Source: Eubacteriales bacterium (GTDB taxonomy: Bacteria > Bacillota > Clostridia > Oscillospirales > CAG-272). Taken from it: DNA of 36,433 nt. Position numbers and translations under genes: made by a program. Under the pieces are notes generated by a model. It searched no databases, had not been told where the DNA came from, and saw only the letters and a program-made list of their open reading frames with translations. Numbering within the stretch: the first letter of the stretch is position 1; each line of letters opens with the position of its first letter. The DNA is taken from contig JAZRCQ010000294.1 in NCBI GenBank assembly GCA_045659845.1, positions 1 through 36,433 of the forward strand. The letters run 5' to 3'. Positions 21,074 to 30,261 of the stretch are shown here, in pieces.

Positions 21074-22576
21074 ATGGATCTAAAGCAAGCCATTGAGCAA
21101 TTTCACAAGCTGCAGGCCCGCCTCTGCGCGCTGAATCACGCCACCTCGCTGATCTATTTCGACGGTGCCACCACCGCCCCCAAGGGAACGGCCGCCAACC
21201 GCGGACAAACCCTTTCGATCCTGAGCGAGGAGATCTATCTTCTTTCCACGGGTGAGGAGACCGTGGCGCTTCTGGAGGAGCTGGACGCCCACCGCGAGGA
21301 GCTTTCCCCTCTCGATGCCCGCGCGCTCTATCTGGCCTTGAAGGATATCCGCCAGATGCAGAAGATTCCCATGGAGGAATACGTGGCCTATCAGCAGCTG
21401 CTGGTGGAGGCCGAGGACGTTTGGCACACCGCCAAGGAGACCAACGATTTTGCCCTGTTCCTGCCCTATCTGGAAAAGGTGTTTGAGGGGCAGAAGCGCT
21501 TCGCGGCCTACTGCGCTCCCGAGCTTCATCCCTACAACTACTGCCTCGATCAGTATGAAAAAGGGCTCACCATGGAGGCCTGCGATGCCTTCTTTGAAAC
21601 GCTTCGCTGCCGCTTGGTGCCGCTGATCCGAAAGATCGTTCAGAAGGAAAAGCCCTCCGCGGCCTGCCTGCAAGGTCGGTTCGACGATGCCGATCAGGAG
21701 AAATTCTCCCATGCGCTGATGGAGATGATCGGCATCGACCGGAATCATTGCGGCTTGGCCACCACCGAGCATCCCTTCACCATCAGCCTCGGCTCCCATC
21801 ATGACGTTCGCATCACCACCAACTATTGCCCAAGCGACCTCGCCTCCTCCGCCTATAGCGTGATCCATGAGGGCGGGCACGCGCTCTACGACATGAACTC
21901 CGCCGACGAGCTGGCCTACACGCTTTTGGATGGCGGAATTTCTATGGGTATCCACGAAAGTCAGAGCCGCTTTTATGAAAATCTGATCGGCAGAAGCCGC
22001 GGCTTCGTGAGGATGATGTTCCCCGCGCTCTGTCGGTTCTTCCCCGAGCAGATGAAGGGCTACACCGCAGAGGACGTTTACCGCGCGGTAAATCGCGTGG
22101 AGCCCTCCCTGATCCGCACAGAGGCCGACGAAGTGACCTACTGTCTCCACGTGATGGTTCGCTACGAGCTGGAAAAGCGGGTGATGTCGGGCACCTTGGC
22201 CGTGAAGGATCTGCCTGCCGAATGGAACCGCCTCTACGGCGAATACCTTGGCGTGGAGGTTCCCGATAACACCCACGGTGTTCTGCAGGACAGCCATTGG
22301 TCGGGCGGCGGCATCGGCTACTTCCCTTCCTATGCCCTCGGAAGCGCCTACGGCGCACAGCTGCTCCGCAAAATGAAAGAAACCGTGGACGTGGAGGCCT
22401 GCTTTGCCTCCGGCGATCTCTCACCCATCAACGCTTGGAACCGTGAGCATATCTGGAAGCACGGCCGCATGAAGGATCCCGGTGAGCTTCTGGAGGCCGC
22501 GCTGGGCGAGCCCTTCGATCCTACCGCCTACGCGGATTACCTCGAGGAGAAGTTCAGCGAGCTTTACGGGCTTTGA
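21074..22576 (+). CDS. M32-family metallocarboxypeptidase (Taq-type carboxypeptidase)
   Basis: 500 aa. M32 hallmark motifs are present: HPF (TEHPFT), DVRITT, HEGGHALY (HExxH), HESQSRFYEN, IRTEADEVTY and GVLQDSHWSGG. Confidence 0.92.
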   Translation: MDLKQAIEQFHKLQARLCALNHATSLIYFDGATTAPKGTAANRGQTLSILSEEIYLLSTGEETVALLEELDAHREELSPLDARALYLALKDIRQMQKIPMEEYVAYQQLLVEAEDVWHTAKETNDFALFLPYLEKVFEGQKRFAAYCAPELHPYNYCLDQYEKGLTMEACDAFFETLRCRLVPLIRKIVQKEKPSAACLQGRFDDADQEKFSHALMEMIGIDRNHCGLATTEHPFTISLGSHHDVRITTNYCPSDLASSAYSVIHEGGHALYDMNSADELAYTLLDGGISMGIHESQSRFYENLIGRSRGFVRMMFPALCRFFPEQMKGYTAEDVYRAVNRVEPSLIRTEADEVTYCLHVMVRYELEKRVMSGTLAVKDLPAEWNRLYGEYLGVEVPDNTHGVLQDSHWSGGGIGYFPSYALGSAYGAQLLRKMKETVDVEACFASGDLSPINAWNREHIWKHGRMKDPGELLEAALGEPFDPTAYADYLEEKFSELYGL

Positions 22577-22710
22577 TCGAGCCCCAAGGGATCCCCTGCA
22601 AGTCTCTTCTTGATAGATTCCTATACCAAGATCCCTCCCTCCAATGCATCGGAGGGGGTTCTATGCGAAAGCGAGCCGTGAACGCGCGTTCACGGCTCGC
22701 TTGTTTTCAT

Positions 22711-23994
22711 TCAATTTCCAAGCATGATGCGGATGATCTCGCGGTCGGTCTCGCCCATGCCATCGCGGGCAAGTCGGCCCACGTTTCGGATGGTGTTTTC
22801 CACGCCCTTGGTGACGATGCCGTCGCCGCCGTAGAATTGGTGGCCCGCGCGAACCATTTCGTAGCCCATCAGGCCCGCCTCCACCGCCATAGCGATCTTA
22901 GCCGCGCAGGAGGGCTTGGCTCCGTCACAGATGGTGCCTGAGAGAATGGCCACTGCATTCACCAACGTATGGGCGATCTCATAAAGTCCGCCGCCCTGCA
23001 GATAAGCAATTCCCGTGGCGCATCCGCACCCCGCACTGATGGCGCCGCAATAGGCAGAAAGGCAACCGATCCCCGTTTTTTGATGCACGGTGATCAGATC
23101 CGAGACCAACAAAGCTCTCAGCATCCGCTCCCGATCCACGCCCAGCTCTTGCCCGTAAACAACCACGGGCACGGAAGCCGTGATGCCTTGGTTTCCGCTT
23201 CCCGAAAGAATGCAGACCGGCAGCTCGCATCCGCTCATGCGCGCATCCGAGCCTGCGGCGGCATAGGCCTTGGCCTTGTTTTTCGGTGTTTTTTCATTGG
23301 CCGCCAGCAGCGTCTTGCCGATCGCCGCGCCGTATTCTCCGCGCAGGCCCTCCTCGGCAATGGCCATGTTCATTTCGATCTGCCGCTCCAGAAGCTCCTC
23401 CAAGGGCTCCAGATCGACTTCATCGGCAAAGGCTACGATATCCTGCACGGTAAGCAGCGCGCGGTCGGCCTCATGAACGTCGTCCAGCTTCTTTTCCGAA
23501 AGATAGCGCGCAGTGAGGTCTTTTCCGTCCAGCAGAACAGCCACCACGTTTGTGTGATGCTCGGCCAGCTCCACCGCGGCTCTGCGGCCGCCTGCCACGC
23601 CCTCCATCAAAATGCGGAAGGCACAGCTGCCGCCTGCCTCGCGGACGTTGATGGCGGTGTTTTGCCGCACCTCACGGATCCTCGGCACGTGCGCTTCGGT
23701 TAATTTGGTGAGGAGCGCCAGCTTCAGGCTCGGATCTCCCGAAACGATCCCCGCCGCCACGGCGGCCTCGATGCCGTGCATCCCTCCCGTTGCGGGAACG
23801 ACAACGCTCTTCACGTTTTTGATAATATTTCCGCTGAGCCCCAGAGAGATCATCTCCGGCTCCTCCCCCAGCACGTCCCGCAGGATCGCGGCGGCGTAGG
23901 CGATGGCGATCGGCTCCGTGCATCCCATGGCGGGCATCAGCTCCTCCCGCAGGATGGCAACGTAGGTGTCGCTGATCTGCTTCGGCAATGCCAT
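22711..23994 (-). CDS. cyuA: UPF0597/YhaM(CyuA)-family L-cysteine desulfidase-like protein (serine dehydratase alpha-like fold)
   Basis: MPAMGCTEPIAIAYAAA, SGSGNQGITASVPV and ICDGAKPSCAAK match E. coli YhaM/CyuA from memory. I place the start at MALPK (23994), which has a GAGAGGGA RBS. An alternative start at 24009 forms an ATGA overlap with the upstream gene stop. Confidence 0.7.
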   Translation of the reverse strand: MALPKQISDTYVAILREELMPAMGCTEPIAIAYAAAILRDVLGEEPEMISLGLSGNIIKNVKSVVVPATGGMHGIEAAVAAGIVSGDPSLKLALLTKLTEAHVPRIREVRQNTAINVREAGGSCAFRILMEGVAGGRRAAVELAEHHTNVVAVLLDGKDLTARYLSEKKLDDVHEADRALLTVQDIVAFADEVDLEPLEELLERQIEMNMAIAEEGLRGEYGAAIGKTLLAANEKTPKNKAKAYAAAGSDARMSGCELPVCILSGSGNQGITASVPVVVYGQELGVDRERMLRALLVSDLITVHQKTGIGCLSAYCGAISAGCGCATGIAYLQGGGLYEIAHTLVNAVAILSGTICDGAKPSCAAKIAMAVEAGLMGYEMVRAGHQFYGGDGIVTKGVENTIRNVGRLARDGMGETDREIIRIMLGN

Positions 23995-24005
23995 GACGTT
24001 CCCTC

Positions 24006-24464
24006 TCATCGGCGATAGGTGCCGATCAGATGTGCCACGCCGTTCAGAATGAAAAGCACACCCAGCACCACGAAGAAGGCATCCCGCATCAGCCAACGGG
24101 CCGCGATGAGCAGAGCGCCCACCAAAAGGGTGAGGATCGCTCCCAGCAGCTCAGCCGTGGTGGGCTTCCAATGGCTCATCTCCACCAGCTTCAGAATTCC
24201 GTTCACCAGGATCAGCGCGCCAAACACGATGAGGAATACCTCCACGATGGTCATGCTTCCCACGATCAGCAGAATGCCGATCACAATGGGGATCGCGCCC
24301 TGATAGGTTTTCGTTTCCAGAATCTCCAGCACGCCTCTTGCAATAAACAAAGCTCCTGCTATGATGAAAAGGAGCTGGAGAAATTGCGTGCGAAACACGC
24401 AGAACAGCGCTCCGATAAGGATATACAAGAGCGCATTGGCGGGCATTTTGTTCTTCGTTGTCAT
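24006..24464 (-). CDS. DUF308/HdeD-like small polytopic membrane protein
   Basis: 152 aa with ~5-6 TM helices. Repeated G-x-L/I-x-I/L-x-x-G-I/V units are typical of HdeD/DUF308. It is immediately upstream of, and possibly translationally coupled to, the cyuA-like gene. Confidence 0.5.
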   Translation of the reverse strand: MTTKNKMPANALLYILIGALFCVFRTQFLQLLFIIAGALFIARGVLEILETKTYQGAIPIVIGILLIVGSMTIVEVFLIVFGALILVNGILKLVEMSHWKPTTAELLGAILTLLVGALLIAARWLMRDAFFVVLGVLFILNGVAHLIGTYRR

Positions 24465-24611
24465 AAAACGTTCCTTCTTTCTTTCGTTTTCCCTTTAATT
24501 GTATACGAAAACGTCGCATTTGTCAACGGTTTTTCGTTTTTTTTCGCAAACGTCTTGTTTTTTGAGGCCTACTGTGATACAATGAAGAAAATACCTTTCG
24601 GGAGGACCGTT

Positions 24612-25106
24612 ATGAAGATCAGACCTGCAACCGAGGGCGATCTGCCCCGCCTTTTGGAGATCTACGACGATGCGCGCCGATTCATGCGCGAAAACGGCAA
24701 TTTGGAGCAATGGTCGGGGGGCTACCCCAATGAAGCCGTGCTTCGGGAGGACCTTTCCTTGAACCGCCTTTTTATTTGTGAGGAGGACGGCGAACCGCTC
24801 GGCGTGTTCTGCTTCTTTATCGGCGAGGATCCCACCTATCTGCGGATCTATGAGGGACAATGGCTCAACGATCGTCCCTACGGCGTGATCCATCGCATTG
24901 CCGTGGCCCAGCATCGCCGCGGCGTGGCCGCCTTCTGCTATGACTATTGCTTCTCCGTCTGCCCCAATCTGAAGATCGACACCCACCGCGACAACCTCCC
25001 CATGCAGCGATCTCTGAGCAAAAACGGCTTCCTTCCCTGCGGGATCATCTATCTGGCGTCCGGGGATGAGCGCATCGCCTACCAAAAGGAGGATCTTCTG
25101 CGATGA
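24612..25106 (+). CDS. GNAT-family N-acetyltransferase
   Basis: Start set at MKIRPATEGDLPRLLEIYDD (ATG 24612, GGAGGA RBS at 24601-24606). The acetyl-CoA-binding core reads VIHRIAVAQHRRGVAAF ... NLPMQRSLSKNGF. The upstream part of the 358-aa ORF-track entry is antisense to the DUF308 gene. Confidence 0.8.
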   Translation: MKIRPATEGDLPRLLEIYDDARRFMRENGNLEQWSGGYPNEAVLREDLSLNRLFICEEDGEPLGVFCFFIGEDPTYLRIYEGQWLNDRPYGVIHRIAVAQHRRGVAAFCYDYCFSVCPNLKIDTHRDNLPMQRSLSKNGFLPCGIIYLASGDERIAYQKEDLLR

Positions 25107-27682
25107 GATTCCACACACTTTGCTCCCTGCTCCTGCTCCTTTCCCTTCTGCTCTCTGCCTGCTCTGCACCGCAGGGTGAGCCGCCCGCAGAGTCGGCGGG
25201 CACCACCGAGGAGGTGGCCGTCCCCGCGCCTACCGTGACCGTGGCGCAGGATAAAAAATCGCTCTTCGAGATCATTGTGGACACCTCCAATGCTCCCGCC
25301 AAGCGATTTGCAAACGTTCTGCAAACCGCCGTGTTTCAAAGGTGCGGTGCCTTCATTCCCATCCGCGATTACTCCTCCTCAACCTCCGGCTTTTCGGGCA
25401 GGATCTACGTCGGCGACCCCACGGGCCTGCTCGACGCCGACTGCAAGGCTCAGATCTCTCCCGGCTCCTACGGTGTTTTCTCCCAACAAGAAAGAATCGA
25501 TTTCTATGCCGCCGATGCGGCAGGCTTTGTGGCCATGGAGCAATATCTGCAGGAATCGCTCTTCTCCGAGCTTACAGAAACCGGCTGGAGCGTCCCCGAG
25601 GAAAAGCGCATCTCCTCCCTGCCATCGGAGTCCTTCTCCATGCGAACCGATGCGGAAACCGTTTATTCCATCGTTCACGACGGATCCTTCGAGGGAATGT
25701 TTTTTGCCACGCTCCTGCAATCCTACCTCAGCACGACCTACGGCATCGCCTCAAGAACTGTTTTCGATGGCGTGAGATATGAAAACGAGATCCTGCTGGG
25801 CAACGTGAAGCGCGAGCAAAGCGAGGCCGTTTCCCGCTACTCCGCAGGCAAGGATGCCTTCTTCTCCGGCGTTTTGAACGGTGCCTACGTGATCTACGGA
25901 AAATCCAATCTTGCCCTTGCCCACGGCTGCACCCGTCTTTTGGACCTTATCGGATCCGGGTCGGAAAGCACCGCGGTCGAGATCCGCACAGAGGAGCTTT
26001 CCTGCGGCGATCTCGCCCTCTATCCGCGCAATGAGGAATATGCCGCTCTCATCAAGCGTGCCAACGATTTTTCCAAAACCTATTGCAGTTATCAGGATCG
26101 CCAGCTGGCCTCCGCCTCCAATAGCGTGAAGGCGGATCAGGCCTTGGTCGAAGCGCTCACAGAGCGCATGGGCAACAGCATGGCACTCTATCTCGGCAGC
26201 TCCTCCGCGCTTCATAAGGGCTATATCGTGAAGCTGGATCGCGCGGACTATGAGCGCGTTCTCAAGATCACTCCCGAGGGGCATCTGCTGGCTCCTGCCG
26301 ACTATCTCGGCGAATATTTCCAAGCCTCCCTTCCCACCGATTCGGAGGGCTACGTCGATCTCACCGCCTATTGCGCAAGCTCCGACAGCTTCTCCCTCAC
26401 CTATTTCTCCTCCACGCAGATCGCCGTGATCACCCCCGCGGGAGAGGCTCCCTTCGATCAGCTCTCGCTGAAGGTTGGGAACTACACCAATGCGGAATAC
26501 GTTCTGCGCATGAAGCAGTTCTTCACCAATTCCCGCATGCCCGAGCCCGATTGCAACGTGGAGCAGACCCGCTTGGAGATCTTCTCCACCCCCGAGGAAA
26601 ACAACGCCTCCTATTTCTACGACTACGAATGGTATAACGACGAAAAATGGAAGGGCGCGCAGGTACTCCACTCCCCTGCCATTCTCGCAAGACGGGAAAA
26701 CGGCAGGAACGTCCTTTACGCCATCGCAACAGTGGAGACCAAGGGGATCCCCTACGAAACCCAGATGGTTCGCAGTGAGGACGAGGGGAAGACCTGGACA
26801 CACCTCTGCGCCGAAAAATCTCTCTATTTCGCCTCTCTCTTTGAGCAAGGCGGAAGGATCTACATGATCGGAAACTACGGCGGCGCCGTGATGATCGTTC
26901 GCTATGATCCCACCACAGGGCTCAAAACCAGCGCTCGCTTCAGCGATCTCAAGATCGGCGGCGGTGCCCCCAACACCGTCCTCCATGCAAACGGACGGAT
27001 CTATAAGGCCTATAACGATGCCGTGATCAGCGCGCCGGAAGGCTCCGATCTGCTCGAACGCGCTGCCTGGACAGTCTCCAACAACTGCCAGCAAATGATC
27101 ACCCGTCAGCTCTTCCAAAGCATCACGGGAAAGGCCGCGAAGGATTCGGAATTCGACATTGAGGAGGGCAACCCCGTGCAGACGCCGGACGGGCAGATCT
27201 ACGTGATGTATCGTCTGAATGCCGGCACGCACTACGGCTACGTAGCACTTTTCAAGCTTTCCTCCGACGGCACCACCATGACGCTGGATGAACGAACAGG
27301 CGGCATCATGAATTTCCCCTACACGAAATCCAAGTTTTCGCTCGTTTATGAAGAATCCCTCGGCCTCTATATTTCCATTGTTTCGCTGGCAACCATGAAC
27401 AACACCAACCAGCGGAACGTGCTGGGCTTGGTGGTTTCCGAGGATCTCTACGATTGGGAGGTGGTCTCCGTTTTGCTCACCGATCGACAGATGCTCAACG
27501 ACACCTACTCCATGTGGGCACACGGCTTCCAATACGTGGATTTTGTGATCTCTGACAACAAGCTTTATTTCGTGATCCGCGAGGCCTTCGGCGACAGCTA
27601 TTGCTACCATGAGGCCAACGCTAGCACGCTCTACACGCTGGAGAATCTCTCCGAGTTCATTGCCGCCCGACGGACAAACTGA
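25103..27682 (+). CDS. Large secreted lipoprotein with one BNR/Asp-box motif (sialidase-fold-like putative glycoside hydrolase)
   Basis: 859 aa. Signal peptide plus lipobox MRFHTLCSLLLLLSLLLSAC. One clear Asp-box, SEDEGKTW (VRSEDEGKTWTHL), lies in a C-terminal region with a beta-propeller-like repeat texture. The ATG overlaps the GNAT stop (ATGA at 25103-25106). Confidence 0.5.
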   Translation: MRFHTLCSLLLLLSLLLSACSAPQGEPPAESAGTTEEVAVPAPTVTVAQDKKSLFEIIVDTSNAPAKRFANVLQTAVFQRCGAFIPIRDYSSSTSGFSGRIYVGDPTGLLDADCKAQISPGSYGVFSQQERIDFYAADAAGFVAMEQYLQESLFSELTETGWSVPEEKRISSLPSESFSMRTDAETVYSIVHDGSFEGMFFATLLQSYLSTTYGIASRTVFDGVRYENEILLGNVKREQSEAVSRYSAGKDAFFSGVLNGAYVIYGKSNLALAHGCTRLLDLIGSGSESTAVEIRTEELSCGDLALYPRNEEYAALIKRANDFSKTYCSYQDRQLASASNSVKADQALVEALTERMGNSMALYLGSSSALHKGYIVKLDRADYERVLKITPEGHLLAPADYLGEYFQASLPTDSEGYVDLTAYCASSDSFSLTYFSSTQIAVITPAGEAPFDQLSLKVGNYTNAEYVLRMKQFFTNSRMPEPDCNVEQTRLEIFSTPEENNASYFYDYEWYNDEKWKGAQVLHSPAILARRENGRNVLYAIATVETKGIPYETQMVRSEDEGKTWTHLCAEKSLYFASLFEQGGRIYMIGNYGGAVMIVRYDPTTGLKTSARFSDLKIGGGAPNTVLHANGRIYKAYNDAVISAPEGSDLLERAAWTVSNNCQQMITRQLFQSITGKAAKDSEFDIEEGNPVQTPDGQIYVMYRLNAGTHYGYVALFKLSSDGTTMTLDERTGGIMNFPYTKSKFSLVYEESLGLYISIVSLATMNNTNQRNVLGLVVSEDLYDWEVVSVLLTDRQMLNDTYSMWAHGFQYVDFVISDNKLYFVIREAFGDSYCYHEANASTLYTLENLSEFIAARRTN

Positions 27683-27701
27683 TCCGAGCGGGAAAGAGGC
27701 A

Positions 27702-27741
27702 CCATCCGCTTCCTTGGGAAGCGGATGGGGGCTCTTTTTTT
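27702..27741 (+). terminator. Rho-independent terminator after the lipoprotein gene
   Basis: ccatccgcttcc-ttgg-gaagcggatgg stem (27702-27728), then gggctcttttttt. Confidence 0.7.
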
Positions 27742-30232
27742 ATTCCTGTTCAATGACAATGCGCCAGTAGCCTCGGATCTCAAGCAGTGCGATCCGATCG
27801 CTATAGTCTGTGTTGGGTGCCTTCTGCAGGATCAGATAGCGGCCGCCATCCAGCTGCAGGATCTCAGCCTCCGGGGCGATCTCTTCTGTGGAATGGATCG
27901 GGATTGAGCCACCCTTCAGATAGACCTGCAGAACTGTTTTTCCCTTTGCCTGATCGTAGGCATGCAACCACGTGCTTTCGTCATTGGAGAGATAGTATTT
28001 CATCGCGTCCACGCCCGGCAGGGTGGGCTCGGCAGGCGCGCCCGCAGGCGTGAAGCGTTTTCTGCCGCAGGAGAAGAACGCTCCGTCGAAGTAGGCAAGC
28101 TCATAGTCGCTTCTATTGATCTCCACCTGCGCCAGCTTCTCGCCCGTGTCGGTGCGGTAGAAGGAAGCCGTTCCATCATAGGAGGCTGCCATCAGAACAT
28201 GGTCCTTAACCGAAACAGCCAAAGCCATTGATTTTTCCGCCGACCAGGAATCGATCTCCTCCGTGGCTCCCGTTTCCCAATCGGTGCGGTAGAGTTTCCT
28301 CTGATCAAAGTTATAATAGAGCAATACTGAGCCGTCCATCACAAGATCGTGAGGGCTCGCCGCCAGTTCAACCGTCGTCACCGTCTCCAGCGTGGTGGCG
28401 TGATAGACCGTCATCTTCTTGGATGAACGATCTCCCACCGCAAGGAATCCGCCGTCGGCCGCCATCATCGTTCCCGTTCCGTATTTGGCTTCATGCCGAA
28501 TCATTCCCAGGATCTTCAAGGTGCCGGCATCGTAAACAATGAACTCGCGGATGCCGCTCTCGTGCTCCTTCTTTTCAGCAAACACCCGCTCGGTGACGGG
28601 ATCGAAGGCATAGGCCTCCCACAGACCATTCACCGCGATCCGCTCCAGCATTTCCACCTGATAGGTCAGCAGGGTGACACCGAGGCCCTCGTTGATCTTG
28701 CTCGCCAAGGGCATGAGCTGCGCGTGAACGCTCTGATCCAGCTCTTCCAGTCCTTCGCGCGTGAGAGAGGTGACCTCCTCGGCGCGCCGATGGGTTCGGA
28801 TCGCGCTTGCCTTGGGCGAAAGCGAAAGGGTGAAGCGGCTTCCCTGCAATTGCAGGGTCTCATCGTATTGCCGAAGTGAAAATGCGTGAAGTCCCAGCTC
28901 CAGCTTTTTCCCGGTGGCTCGGTAGGTGCCCTCTGCCTTCATCCGGATCTGCTCCTCAAAGAGAGCATCCTCGATGTTTTTTTCGATATCCGAAGCTGCT
29001 CCGATAAACGTCAGCAAAAAGCCATCATTCTCGGTGCGATCGATCTGCAGGGTGTATTTCATGGAAACGAATTGCATTCCGTCGCCAACGTGCAGGATCA
29101 TCTCCGTGGTGGAGCCCTCCGAAGGCATTGCCTGATGGATCAGGCTTCCCTTCTGCAGAAGCTGCTCTCCGCTTTTTCTTTCCATATACGCCTCAAAAGA
29201 AGCGTTTTTCTCGGGATCGGAATGGAATTTGATGGAGACCATGCTTTGCTCGGTGAGAAATTCCTCCTTGGCATAGAGCTGACGGGTCTCAATCGTTTCG
29301 CTCCACTCAAAATACACGAGACAACCGCCGCACACCGCATATTTCACGGTGCCCTTTCTGCGGCCCTCCGAAAACGTATCCCTGAGATTCCAAAGGGCGA
29401 TCTTAAGCTCATCCCTGCTGAACATGTCATTTACGCCGTCGGGCAGCTCGCTCACTCTCTTCCACAGCTCTTCGTTCTCCTCGCATTCGCTCAGAAGCGC
29501 CTCGATCAGCTGAAGCAGATCGGCCTCGTCATAGGAAATGGTGGTGACTTTCACTCGTTTTTCTCCGTCGAGTAGCGAGATCAGCTCCCTTTTCGTTTCC
29601 TTCTCGAAGAGCCCCTTGGTCTTCTTTTTCACGTTGTCCAGCGCGTCCTCGACCAACTCATCCAGCCGCTCGTCGTCCTCCTGCTCCCACCTTTCCAGAA
29701 GCGTGCGGATCGTTTCCATTTGCGACTCGGAGAGGGCATAGTCGCTTCCGCTATCGGAAGCCAAGGGCGACTCCTCCAAACGCGCGAGGAAATCCTTGAC
29801 GGTGGCCTTGAGGCGACGGTCGCCCATCAGCGACTCCGAGCCCCATTCCACACCCTCTTCATAGCCTATGGCATCCATGCGGATCAGATCCTCCCCATGC
29901 CCAACCGCGGCATCCAGCGACATACGATCTCCCTTGAAGGCAATGGTTGCCTGCAGGGTGATAGGCTCGGTCTTCAGCGCAGGCACAAAATCCTGCCCAA
30001 CCTCGCCCGACAGAGTGACGGTGCCGCTTGTTTCCATGTCGGAAAGAAGCTCCGCCATGGGGAAAACCGCCTCCAGCGTTCGCTCGGCAGGGGACTCATA
30101 CAACCATGCAAACGCCCCCACTCCGATGCCGCCGAGGATGACCACGGCCAAGAGCAAAACAACGAGAAAACGTAATTTTCCTTTTTTTGGAGATGCGATG
30201 GGTTCTACGGCTTCGTGCACATTGGGTTCCAT
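27740..30232 (-). CDS. Hypothetical type-II membrane-anchored extracytoplasmic protein (single N-terminal TM; C-terminal region possibly beta-propeller)
   Basis: 830-aa ORF with coding-like composition. N-terminal KKGKLRFLVVLLLAVVILGGIGVGAFAWLY is a signal-anchor. I recognise no family. Confidence 0.55.
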   Translation of the reverse strand: MEPNVHEAVEPIASPKKGKLRFLVVLLLAVVILGGIGVGAFAWLYESPAERTLEAVFPMAELLSDMETSGTVTLSGEVGQDFVPALKTEPITLQATIAFKGDRMSLDAAVGHGEDLIRMDAIGYEEGVEWGSESLMGDRRLKATVKDFLARLEESPLASDSGSDYALSESQMETIRTLLERWEQEDDERLDELVEDALDNVKKKTKGLFEKETKRELISLLDGEKRVKVTTISYDEADLLQLIEALLSECEENEELWKRVSELPDGVNDMFSRDELKIALWNLRDTFSEGRRKGTVKYAVCGGCLVYFEWSETIETRQLYAKEEFLTEQSMVSIKFHSDPEKNASFEAYMERKSGEQLLQKGSLIHQAMPSEGSTTEMILHVGDGMQFVSMKYTLQIDRTENDGFLLTFIGAASDIEKNIEDALFEEQIRMKAEGTYRATGKKLELGLHAFSLRQYDETLQLQGSRFTLSLSPKASAIRTHRRAEEVTSLTREGLEELDQSVHAQLMPLASKINEGLGVTLLTYQVEMLERIAVNGLWEAYAFDPVTERVFAEKKEHESGIREFIVYDAGTLKILGMIRHEAKYGTGTMMAADGGFLAVGDRSSKKMTVYHATTLETVTTVELAASPHDLVMDGSVLLYYNFDQRKLYRTDWETGATEEIDSWSAEKSMALAVSVKDHVLMAASYDGTASFYRTDTGEKLAQVEINRSDYELAYFDGAFFSCGRKRFTPAGAPAEPTLPGVDAMKYYLSNDESTWLHAYDQAKGKTVLQVYLKGGSIPIHSTEEIAPEAEILQLDGGRYLILQKAPNTDYSDRIALLEIRGYWRIVIEQE

Positions 30233-30261
30233 AGAAAGCTCCTTTCTGTTTTTTTAGCCGC

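Noticed and set aside
21080-22297. 405-aa ORF on the minus strand. Similar shadows lie at 18800-19732 (minus), 32999-34291 (plus), 34459-35301 (plus), 30499-31311 (plus), 31943-32815 (plus), 15101-15895 (plus), 16521-17267 (plus) and 17805-18428 (plus).
   Set aside because: All lie antisense to confidently identified genes (M32 carboxypeptidase, ychF, metY, amidohydrolase, esterase, metA, htrA, HK, RR). None has independent support.
24030-24611. N-terminal 194 aa of the 358-aa plus-strand ORF that ends as the GNAT
   Set aside because: This part is antisense to the DUF308 membrane-protein gene and crosses an intergenic promoter region. A GGAGGA RBS and ATG at 24612 give a normal-length GNAT.
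25751-27610. 619-aa ORF on the minus strand
   Set aside because: Antisense to the 859-aa lipoprotein gene, which has a lipobox signal peptide and an Asp-box. The shadow ORF has no features.
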